From NCBI RefSeq assembly GCF_009914755.1, contig NC_060939.1: 64,000 bases of DNA. One strand, 5' to 3'. The position numbers and the translations under genes were made by a program. A model generated the notes under the pieces. It worked only from the letters and a program-made list of their open reading frames with translations. It did not search any database and had not been told where the DNA came from. Position 1 is the first letter of the stretch. Each line of letters starts with the position of its first letter. Source of the stretch: the human T2T-CHM13v2.0 reference genome, Homo sapiens. This document shows positions 29,420-44,836 of this stretch, piece by piece.

Positions 29420-32400
29420 TTTTTTTTTTCTTTCCAACTTTTATTTTAGGTTCAAGGGGTACATGTGCAGGTTTGTTGAATGGGTAAATTATGTGTAACA
29501 GGGGTTTGGTGTACAGATTACTTTGACATCCAATTAATGAGCATAGTAACTGATAGGTAGTTTTTCAATTCTCACCCTCCTCTCACCCTCCACTTTTAAG
29601 TGGGTCCTGATGTCTATTGTTCCTTTTTTTGTGTCCATATGTACTAAATGTTTAGCTACCACTTATAATTGAGAACATGAGGTTTTCTGCTGCTGTGTTA
29701 GTTTGCTTAGGATAATGACTTCCAGCTCCATCCATGTTGCTGCAAAGGGCATTATCTTGTTCTTTTTTATGGCTGCATAGTATTCCATGGTGTATATGTA
29801 CCACATTTTCTTTATCCAGTCCACAGTTGATGGACATCTAGGTTGATTCCATGTCTTTGTATTGTGAATAGTGTTATGATGAACATACACATGCATATGC
29901 CTTTATGGTAAAAAAATTTATATTCTTTTGGGTATATACTCAGTAATGGGATTGCTGGATCCAATGGTAGTTCTGTTTTAAGCTTTTTGAGAAATCTTCA
30001 AACTGCTTTCCACAATGGCTGAACTAATTTATATCCTCAATAGCCATCCTTTTTCTCTGCAACATCATCAACATGTGCTTTTTTTTGTTTGTTTGTTTTT
30101 TTTACTTTTTAATAATAGCCATTCTGACTGGTATGAGATAGTATGTCATTGATGTTTTAATTTGTATTTCTTTGATGATTAGTGATGTTGAGCAGTTTTT
30201 CATATCCTTGCTGGCCACGTGTATGTCTTATTTTGAGAAATGTCTGTTCATGTTCTTTCAGCATTTTTAAATGAGATTGTTTTTAACATGTTGATTTGCT
30301 TAAGTTCCTTATAGACTCTGGATATTGGGCCTTTGTTGGATGCATATTTTGTAAATATTTTCTCACATTTGTAAAAATAAGTATATGGCTTTATTTCTGG
30401 ATTCCCTAACCTGTTCTGTTGATCTTTGTATCTGTTTTTGTGTCAGTACCATGATGTTTTGGTTACTGTAGCCTTGCAGTATAGTTTGAAGTTGGGTAGA
30501 GTGATGCCTCTAGCTTTGTACTTTTTGCTTGGGATTGCCTTGGCTATTTGGGCTCTTTTCTGTTCCATATGAATTTTGGAATAGTTTTTTTCTAATTCTG
30601 TGAAAAATGTCCTCGGTAGTTGGATAGGAAAAGCATTGAATCTATAAATTGTTTTGGGTAGTATGGCCATTTTAACAATATTGATTCTTCCTATCCATGA
30701 GCATGAAATGTTTTTCCATTTGTGTTGTCTCTGATTTCTTTCAGCAGTGTTTTTTAATTCGTGTTGTAAAGGTCTTTCACCTCCCTGGTTAGCTGGATTT
30801 CTATATATATTATATTTTTTGTATGTCTAATGTGAAGGGGATTGTGTTGTTGATTTGGCTCTCAGATTGGATGTTATTGGTATATAAAAATACTACTGAT
30901 TTTTGTACATTGATTTTGTATCCTAAAACTTTGTTTAAGTTGTTTATGAGACCTAGGAAGCTTTGGACAGATAACATGGCGTTTCCTTAGGTATAGAATC
31001 ATACAATCTGTGAAGAGAGATAGTTTGACTTCTTTTCTTCTTATTTGGAGCCTTTTATTGCTTTCTCTTTCCTCATTGCTCTAGCTGGGACTTCCAGTAC
31101 TATGTTGAATAGAAATGGTGAGAGTGGGCATCCTTGTTTTGTTCCAGTTCTCAAGGGGAATGCTTCCAGCTTTTGCCCATTCAGTATGATGTTGGCTGTG
31201 GGTTTGTCACAGATGGTTCTTATTATTTTGAGGTATGTTCCTTCGATGCTTAGTTGATTGAGGGCTTTTAACATAAAGGGATGTTGAATTTTAGTGAGAG
31301 TCTTTTCTACATCTGTTGAAATAATCATGTGTTTTTTGTTTCTAGTTGGTTATGTGATTAATCACATTTTTTAAAATTTGCATCTGTTGAACCAACTTGG
31401 CACCCCAAGAATAAAGCCTACTTGATTGTGGTGGATTATCCTTTTGATGTGCTGCTGGATTCATTTTGCTTATATTTTGTTGAGGATTTTTACATCTATG
31501 TTTATCAGGGATATTGGCCTGAAGTTTTCTTTTTTCATTGTGTCTCTACCAGGTTTTGATATCAGAATAATGCTGGCATCACAGAATGAGTTAGGGAGGA
31601 GTCCCTCCTCCTCTATTTTTTGGAATAGTTTCAGTAGTATTGATACTACTGAATCTCTTTATATGTCTGATACAATTCAGCTGTGAATCTCTCTGGTCCA
31701 GGACTTTTTGGGGTTGGTATTTTTTAAATTACTGATTCAATTTTGAAACTTATTATTGGTATGTTCAGGTTTTCAATTTCTTCCAGATTCAATTCCAGGA
31801 ATTTAACCATTTCCTCTAGGTTTTCTAGTTTGTGTACATAAAGGTGTTCATAATAGCCTCTGAGGACTTTTTGTATTTCTTTGGGATTAGTAGTAATGTC
31901 CTCTTTGTCATTTCTTATTGTGTTTATTCGGATCTTTTTACTTTCTTTGTCTAGCTAGCAGTCTACCAATCTTATTTATTATTTTAACGAACATGCTTTT
32001 GGTTTCTTTGATATGTTTTACATGGTTTTTCTCATCTACATTTCATTCAGGTCAGCTCTGATTTGGGTTATTTATTTTCTTCTGTTACCCTTGTCATCAG
32101 TTCGCTCTTGCTTTTCTAGTTCCTTTAGGTGTGATTTTAGTTTGTTAATTTGAGGTATTTCTAACTTTTACATGTAGTCATTTAATGCTGTAAACTTTCC
32201 TCTTCACACTGTTTAGCTGTGTCCCAGATATTCTGGTATGTTGTATCTGTGTTTTCATTAGTTTCAAAAAATGTCTTGATTTTTGCCATAATTTTATTGT
32301 TTACCCAAATTCAGTAGTAGATTTTTTAATTTCCATGTAATCGTGTGATTTTGAGAGATCTTCTTGGTATTGATTTCTATTTTTACCGTACTGTGTCTGA

Positions 32401-32890
32401 CCATGTGGTTGGGATGATTTCATTTATTTTGAATTTGTTGCGAATTGCTTTGTGGCTGAGTGTGTGAGTGATTATAGAGTGTATATGCCATGGGCAGCTG
32501 AGAAAAATGTATATTCTGTTGTTGTTATGTTAGGTCTATTTGGCCAAGTGTCGAGTTTTAGGTCCTGAATAACTTTGTGAGTTTTCTGCTTCTATAATCT
32601 ATCTAATACTGTCAGTGGGGCGTTGACATCTCCCATTATTATTGTATGGATATCTAATTGTCTTCTCAGGTCTCTAACAAAATGTTTTTTTAATCTGGAT
32701 GTTCCAGTGTTGGTTGCATATATATTTAGGACAATTAAATCTTCTCATTGAATTGAACTCTTTATTATTATGTAATGCCCTTCTTTGTGTTTCATGATCA
32801 TTGCTGTTTTAAAGACTGTTTTATCTGAAAGAAGAATAGCAACCCTGCCCCTTTTTTGTTTTCCATTTGCTTTATAGATTTTTCTTCATG
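29420..32890 (-). mobile_element. L1PB/late L1PA, 5'-truncated, about 3.5 kb
   Basis: ORF2 fragments [16 protein letters not shown] and [22 protein letters not shown]; TSD CTGAATCAGAG (29404, 32891). Confidence 0.93.
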
Positions 32891-33979
32891 CTGAATCAGA
32901 GTCTACTTTCTATAAGAGTCATTCTAAACTGACTGTGACTAGGTGCTTATTCTGCTATCATCTCCCACTGTATTCAAATAACTCACCCTTGGTCCTAGAA
33001 TTATCTACAAGTGTCCAGAATCATTGGATACAAACAAGGAAGGACAGATAAGCATAAGATGCTCAATGGCTGATGGGTTGACTTCTCCCAAGAGAAAGTT
33101 CCAGGAGAAACAGACCTGAGCACTGAGTCAGGATCCTGCTATAAAAATGATTTGTGCTGTAAAAGAACATCCATTTGTATCCTACCATCAACCTCAGCTT
33201 TAACCTCACCTCTCGAGATCAAATTTTATCCATTCCGTTCTTTCTTCCATCAGCATGTTCTCTTCACCTCTTAGGACCATTTTAAAACTAACTCTGTAAG
33301 TGTGAAACAGAATATTTCTTTTCACTGTCTTTTCCGTTATCAAGTTTTACTCTTTGGAGTCAGAGTTCTGGTTGCTCCTTCAAAGTAGGTGACTCATGTC
33401 TGCAAGTGGTCTGACCCTCAGAGTACACATGGGAAGAGGGAGAGGAAAAATGTGAAACACCCAGATAAATATTTCAACGTATCATCAAGCCACATGTCCT
33501 TTCTTGGTTCAGTATTGAAATGTACAGAAACATACTTCTTATTTCAGGGACTCCATTTCTATCCCATCTTACCTGAAAAGGTGGCAACTAAAATTCTATC
33601 CCATGTATTTGCTCTTCTGGAATACTAATTCCCACTTGCTTCACAGACACATCATCAAGTACCAGCAAGATTCCGTAATTCCTGTGAGTCCATAACGGTA
33701 ATGTGCCTCCTTTTCGTTTCCAAACGAGAATTCTCATTATGGTTATTTTTTGCTTCCCCCTATTGGCTGTTTGAAACATAACTTATCTTTTTAGTTCCTG
33801 GGTCCCTGACCTTGACAAACCACAGCAGAACTTGGTGGAGAAGGCTGAGTATAATTCTGAAATCCTGAACTTTGAGCTGGATTCAATACGTAGGTGAATT
33901 TTGGATTGTCTCCTCTAGGGAGAGTGTGTTCAACATTTAAAAGGAAGTGTAAAGTGGATATTTGATAAACACAAGGGCT

Positions 33980-34410
33980 ACCATGGCAGAGGAGAACGCT
34001 GTGATCGCATCAAATCCTGTTTTCTCTTGGGCACACAGCTGCCCCACATATACCATCCCTAGCTGCAGTTAGTTGAGGTCATGTGACTGAATTCCAACTA
34101 ATATAGGTAGAAATAAAGTACTCCACTCCCAAATACAGTTTATAAAAATCTCTGACATAATCCTCCACACTCTTTTACTTTCTCTGACAGGTGAACGGCA
34201 TGGATTCTGAGAACCAGGAAGAGAGCCAAGTCATAAAAGGATCGGTGCCCGAGTGAGTCCTTGAATGGTTCATGGAACAGAACTTCTCAGTCTTCACTCC
34301 CCTTTACCCATACTGAAGTTTACATGATTAATATAATGTAATATATAACTAAGCCACTGAGATTTGCGAGTTTCTTTGATTGCAGCTGGTGTTTAATTTC
34401 TGAGTAACTA
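33980..34410 (+). mobile_element. MLT1 (J-type) MaLR LTR
   Basis: CTGCAGTTAGTTGAGGTCATGTGACTGAATTC; AAGCCACTGAGATTTG. Confidence 0.6.
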
Positions 34411-34519
34411 AGAAGGAATACATTTTTGAGGACATGGTATTTGGTCTGCAACCACCCATGGTTTTAGAGAAGAAGCAACCCATGTAGGTATGTGGGCACC
34501 AATTATTCCAGTTAGACAA

Positions 34520-34930
34520 ACAACACACCCAAAGCCCAAAGTCTGGGAGAATGTGTTTAAGAAACAACACACAACGACGACAAAAAATAATATAGCTGGT
34601 TTCTAGTGAATGGAGAGGAGAGTGGTAGGAAATGAAGTTTAAGAGGAGTGTGGAGACCAGATCCCACAGGACTGTGTAAACAGTGAAAAGGAGTTCACAT
34701 TTCATTATAATTGTGATGAAACCTCATTGGAAAATTTTAAGCAGAGAAAATCCATGATCTTACTATGATACACAGGTCTTTAAAAGATTGAGTTACTCTT
34801 TGTTGAATGAATTTTAAGAATCCAGAGAGGATGACAAGGGACCAGTTAGGAGATAATAATCTTCCAGGCAAGACATGTTAGTGACTTAAACAAGATTTAT
34901 TACAATGGAAAGAGGAAAAATTGATATATC
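34520..34930 (-). mobile_element. L2 fragment
   Basis: GGAAAATTTTAAGCAGAG, AGGGACCAGTTAGGAG. Confidence 0.55.
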
Positions 34931-35002
34931 CCACTGAATCATTCAATTAATCAGGTCTAAAAAATATGGATTATACATTTATGTAATAATTATATTAAGA
35001 TC

Positions 35003-35658
35003 TGTTGTGAGTCACTTAGGATAATGGCAAAAATATTAAAGGGAATATTAGGGAAAGTTATAGGAAATAATCACAAATCTTTTGAAAGGCCAAAAGCTTA
35101 AATAGCTTGTAATAATTGAACAGGCTAAAGGCAGCCGGTTCTTACCTTAGAGCACTAGGTCATAGGGTAAATACTAGGAACAATAGAGGATTCCCCAGTT
35201 ACTTCTGTTTACCCTACCTCCATTAACTAATCTTTAAGCCAAATGGCCCTCTGGGTGGTTGTGGGTGGGGGTAGGGGCGGGGAGGTCAACTAGGGAAATT
35301 GCCCCCTAATGGTATTTACTTTAAACCGTAGTACCTAAGTTTTAATCATTTGTAAAACTACTTTCTTAACCATGTTAATTATCCTCAAGTGTGTTTACTC
35401 AAAGCTTCTGTTGTTCATTGTATACTAAATAAATGCCTGAAGTGCAAGCTGCTCAGGACCAGCCGCAGTGACAAACCTCTCCTGGTGTGCAGGCAGTCGG
35501 ACGCTCAGCTGGACTGGCGAAACAAAGTATCTGTATGTCAATGTACGTTTTATTCATCCGTCTTTTGGGTCAGGGTCTGCGGGCAAACCCCCGCAGCTAA
35601 TGCCCTCTGGTAAGACGCCATACCTCAACTGGTGCCCCGTGTAAGGTGCAATACCACA
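35003..35658 (+). mobile_element. LTR22-like (HERV-K HML-5) LTR with terminal PBS-containing units
   Basis: CTAAATAAATGCC, CAGGGTCTGCGGGCAAACCCCCGCA; tRNA-Met-type PBS TGGTGCCCCGTGTAAGG at 35630; TSD AAGATC/AAGATA. Confidence 0.82.
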
Positions 35659-35840
35659 AAGATACAATACAATTGTTACATTAGCAAAACATATGGGTCA
35701 TGAATTATGTTATGTTCAGGACAGTTGTAGACAGTCTGCAGGGAGGTCTAGTTTTAGCTTTTTTAGACTTAGTGTAAATTTAGTGAAGCCTGTAGTTGTT
35801 CACAGTAACAGAAAATACAAAAAACTGTTGGTTGATCTAG

Positions 35841-35858
35841 TGGCCACTAGATGGCCCG
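35841..35858 (+). promoter_or_regulatory. CTCF motif
   Basis: TGGCCACTAGATGGCCC. Confidence 0.65.
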
Positions 35859-36289
35859 ATAAACTCTACTTCATAGACCTCGGAGCTAGACACTGAAGTG
35901 ACTGCAGTTTGTTGCTGAAAACTATATAGTGTAAAAAGCCTTTGTTGTTGTTATTGTGAATGGAAAATAATTATCAACATTATACAAATTAAACAGGTTC
36001 ATATCGGAGAGGCTCTGCTATAGAGTCCTACAAAATGGAATTGAATATAATTTCTCTGATATAGAAAAACACTCATTTTAGAATGAAAAATAGTGATATG
36101 CATGTGTGTAAAATGTGTAATCTTAGTCTCAGGCTTCAGTTTCGTAATTTTAGATCACTTCCCTCTTTTTCATGAGAAAAGCTCCTAGACACTCCTATTT
36201 GGGAATTGTATAAATAGTGAATAATATAATGAAGAAAAAAGTCTAAAACAAGGACTTGCTGTACACTATCTACAGGTGTCTTGAACATG

Positions 36290-38075
<1,786 letters not shown>

Positions 38076-38727
38076 AAAAATCCTGTGTGCATGCTTACAC
38101 CTGCTGCAACCATGAAGCCTCTGAGTCCCAAATACCATGTAAGAAAACAAGGGCTGAAAGTAAATAGTGATTCAGAAGTGAATCAAGTTTCATTGTAATT
38201 TATGGTCGTTGGTTATTGTAATATGTTTCTGCACGGTATTTTGCATTCAAAAAATTTCTATTTGAGTAAAATTGACTAGGGAGATGAGGTATTCCATCTC
38301 ATGTTTGTCTTGAGGTTACTTGGAGCCTCCCCAGCACCCACCTGACCTGGGGACTCTACCAAAAGTCAAAGAAGCGGTGCTGGTGCATGAAACCAGGAAT
38401 CTATGGCTACTTGGAGGAGAAACACGTAACTTGTTGCCCAAATCAGACTGCGGAATGCTTGGGATCAATTCAGATGCTTGTAGCTATAAGTAAAATACAA
38501 CCCAACTAAAATTACTTTTTAAATGCCCTACAGGTAGGCCATTCCAGGATTTCTTGATACAGTGGCTCAACCGGATCACTGAAGCCATGGGTGGTTTCTG
38601 CCTTTGTTCCTGAGATTTTTGGTGATGTTTCTTTCACGACTGTGTGCTTACTAGGGCAGTTCCCGGAATCCCATGCAGATATTAGAGCATCAGTGCTGAA
38701 GACAAACTATTTTCAAATCTCTCTCTC

Positions 38728-39028
38728 TTTTTTTTTTTAGTGGAGTCTCGCTCTGTCACCCAGGCTGGAGTGTAGTGGCTGGCACAATCTCGGCTCGCTG
38801 CAACCTCTGCCTTTCAGGTTCAAGCGATTTTCCTGCCTCAGCCTCCCCAGTAGCTGAGGTTATAGGCATCTGCTACCACGCTTGGCAAATTTTTTGTATT
38901 TTTAGTAGAGACGAGATTTCACCATGTTGGCCAGACTGGTCTCGAACTCCTGACTTGACTTCAGGTGATCTGCTCATCTCGGCCTCCCAAAGTGCTGGGA
39001 TTACAGGCGTGAGCCACCATGCCTGGCC
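38728..39028 (-). mobile_element. AluSx-like
   Basis: Dimeric Alu. Confidence 0.9.
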
Positions 39029-39297
39029 GTCTCTTTTTAAAACAATGCTTTTATTATGGAGGAAAATATCCACAAACCCTTCCGACTAGATTTTGCCACA
39101 TGTGCATGAATGGAGGGTGATACTTGAATTTATTATGATTAAGCTGACCCTGGATGAAGGAAGGGATTTATGATTAATGAATAAATTGGAGAGTAAACAT
39201 CCTTACAAATCAAGTCTCTATCAGCAAAGAAGGAGACTGGATCAAGTGGAAAGAGTGGAAATGGGAAGCAATAGAGAATGCTACACACACTTAATGC

Positions 39298-39605
39298 TTT
39301 TTTTTTTTTTTTTTTTGAGACAGAGTCTTGCTCTATTGCCCAGACGGGAGTACAGCGGCATGTGGCGCCATCTCAGCTCACTGCAACCTCCGTTTACTGG
39401 GTTCCAGTGATTCTCCTGCCTCAGCCTCTCAAGTAGCTGGGTGTACAGGCGCTTGTCACCACACTGGGCTAATTTTTGTACTTTTAGTAGAGACAAGGTT
39501 TCGCCATGTTGACCAGGCTGGTCTCGAACTCCTGACCTCAAGTGGTCCACCTGCCTCGGCCTCCCAAAGTGCTGGGATTACAGGCGTGAGCCACCAAGCC
39601 TGGCC
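39298..39605 (-). mobile_element. AluS-like
   Basis: Dimeric Alu; short TSD AATGC. Confidence 0.9.
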
Positions 39606-39936
39606 AATGCATTACTCATTAATGGGGTATGGGGAAGGATGGAGTTGGATTCTGCCTAAATGATAAAAAAGTTTGGTCTCCTAACATAAAATTGACAAGC
39701 ATGGGTGTCTGAGTACCAGCAAAATAAATTTAAAAATTGTTTATCCAATATCTGCATGGAATATTTTTCCCCAATACACTCTCTACCGATGATCACGCTG
39801 TTTCCAATTCAATTGTGAATTGGAGAATAGGAGGTTGGATAAAGCAGCTATCCAAAAGAGAAAAGCCTAAGTAATGATAATAGCTGTCATTGCCTACTTT
39901 ACGGAAATGCATGGGGAGGCAGATTAAGCTCAGTAG

Positions 39937-40297
<361 letters not shown>

Positions 40298-42000
40298 CGG
40301 CTTTCTGGATTTTTACACCTGCTGCCTTATCCTAGCCTATTCAACTCTGATACTCACTCTGTTCCGGGCACACTTAAAATTGTCTTCTTCCCAATCCATG
40401 AATATCCCCTCCTATGAGACCACACACAAAAGGCCCCTGAATAACCTGCAATCACTAGCCAAAAGACCATGAAAGGAGAAAGCTAGCAAGACAGAAAACT
40501 TTCGGAGGCTAGTTTCCCTACTGGAGACAAACGCCCGTAGGAAAACTTGTGGCCCCACCCTCGACCCACTCAGCAGGACAGAGGGGAGAGCCTAGACTTC
40601 CAGCCTGGCCTGGTGATACTGAGGTAGCCCTCCCCTGCTGGTGTGGTGTCAGGGTGAGAATCTGGGACTTCGACGTTCACCAGGCAGTAACAAGCTGCCA
40701 CAGTGTGGTGCCGACGGAGACAACCTGGGGAGCTTGAACTTTTACCTTCCTGCACCTTCCCTGCTGGGGTGCTGTTAAGGGGTGGCAAGTGAGAAGCCTT
40801 CCCATGCTAATGAGGCCTCCCTCCCCATTTTCTGTCCTTGGAGTTCACAGGCGAGCAATGAAAAGGGGCCTCTTCCCCTCTGAACAGGGTGGTGTCAGCA
40901 AAGGCAGAGTGCAGAAGCTGAACTTTTACCCCAGCTCTGTGCTGGAGAGCACGGCCTCCCGCTCACTGGGTGTCCATGGAGACCACCTGGGGGTCCCGGA
41001 CTTATGTTCCTACCAGGCGGTACTGAGGTGGGGTCCTTATTTCCCACTCATACAGTCTCTTAAAAAGGAAAGTCTATTGAAAGAGAAGAATTTAATTAGA
41101 TCCAAAGTCTCATAACACAACACCCAAAATATTTAGGATACAATAAAAAGTCACTCTTCACACCAAGAACCACAAAAATCTCAACTGGAATGAGAAACGA
41201 AAGTCATCAGAAACAAATGCTGAAATGATGCAAATGTGCTTCATTGAGAAATTATACACATGCTTTCCGAAGAACAGAAATCTCCATGCCCAGATGGTTT
41301 CACTGGCGAATTCTACCAAATGTTTAAAAAGGAATTAGCACCAACTTTACACAATCTCTTTCAGAAAACAGAAAAGAAGGGAACAATTTATTTTATAAAA
41401 TAAATAGTGCCCAGATACCAAAATCAGACAAAAACAATCCAAAAAAGCCAAACTATGAACAAACATTCTTCATGAATATGGATGTAAAAATACTAACAAA
41501 ATATTAGTAAAGAGAATTCAGCAATTACATACATATAAAATGATCAAATTGTGTTTATTCTAGAAATAGAAGGCTGATTCAATGCTAAAAGATAAATGAA
41601 AATAATCCACCATATTGACTAGCTAAAAAGAAAAATATCACATCATCATAGCAATCAATGCAGAAAATACATTTGACAAAACTTCATACCCATTCATGAC
41701 AAAAAGAAAAAAAACTCTAAGAAAAATAGAAATAGAAGGGAACTTCCTCAACTTGATATAGGGTACCTACACAAAACCTACAGCTAACATTATACTTCAT
41801 AGCAAAAAACTGAATGTTTTCTTCCTAACGTCAGGAGCAAGGAATTCATATCTGCTCTCACCACTCCTATTCAACATATCACTGGAAATCCAGCATAATA
41901 AGGGACTTTTTACTTTAAAATTATACAAATAGGAAAGGAAGAAATAAAACTGTCTCTATTTGTAGACGACACAATGGTCTGCAAAGAAAATCCCAAGGGA

Positions 42001-42409
<409 letters not shown>

Positions 42410-42492
42410 TCAGCAAGGTGCAAGCTACAAGATCAACATACAAAACTCAACCATTTTGAGTTTTGAGTTGAACAGGTGGAAACTAAAACTTA

Positions 42493-42847
<355 letters not shown>

Positions 42848-43886
42848 TCAAAAATAAACCTTATTTATTTTTAAATACTTATAAACTTAATAAGCATGTA
42901 TAGGACATGTATGCTGAAAAATACAAGTGCTGATGAAAGAAACCAAAAAAGATCCAAATAAATGGAGCGATATACTGTGGTTATGGATTGGAAGATTCAA
43001 TGCAGTAAATGTCAGTTCTCCCCCACTTAATATACAAGTTTAACTCAATTCCTATCAAAATTCCACCAAGACATTTTGTAAATATATGCAAGCTTATTTT
43101 AAAATTTATGTGAAAAATCAAAAGATCTAGAATAGCTAAACATAATTTTGAAAAAAGAATATGGGAAGAATCCCTATACTCAATTTTAAGACTTATTATA
43201 TGACTGCAATAATCACGACAGTATGGCATTGGTGGAGGGATATATCTCTGTATAATACACATATCTATATCTATCTTTTAAATACCTATCTTATCAAGCA
43301 AATGGGACAGAATATAGAATTCAGAACTCAGAAATAGCACACGTAAATAGGGCTAACTGAATTTTTACAAATGTGCAAAAGAAAATATTCAATGTTGAAA
43401 GGATAGTATATAGTATTTTTAACAAATGTTAAAATGTTAATGAAACCACTGGACATCCAAAGGCAAAAACAAAACAAAACAAAACACAAACACAAACACA
43501 CACACACAGCAAAGAAAGAATCTCAGCCTAAACTTTACGCCTTATTCAAAATTAGCTCAAAATCGATCATAGATTTAAATACAGAACATAAAACGATTAC
43601 ATTTTTAGAAGAAAACATAACAGAAAATCTTCGGCACCTGGGGTCTGATGAAGAGTACTTACATATATATGACACCATGATCATGACCCATAAAAGAAAA
43701 ACAAAATCAATCAGACTTCATCGAAATTTAAAACTTTTGCTGTGTGAAAGGCCCGGTTATGATAACGAAAGCCACACTCAACACTGGGGAAAAGACTTGC
43801 AAAATGCATATATAATAAAGGACTCATATCCGGAATATAGAAATCATTCTCAAAGCCCAATACATTTTTAAAAAAACTCACTTAGA

Positions 43887-44187
<301 letters not shown>

Positions 44188-44397
44188 GTCACTTAGAAAA
44201 ACTAAGCCATTTTATCAATGAGGATATAGAAATGAGAAGCCGACAGAAAGATGTTCGACAACTCCAGCCATAAGAGGAATGTAAATTAAGACCACAATGC
44301 CATATCACCACACACCTATTAGGACAGCCGAATTAACAACAACAACAAAAAGATTATATCAATTGCTGGTGAGGTTGCAGAGAAATTGGATTTCTGG

Positions 44398-44836
<439 letters not shown>

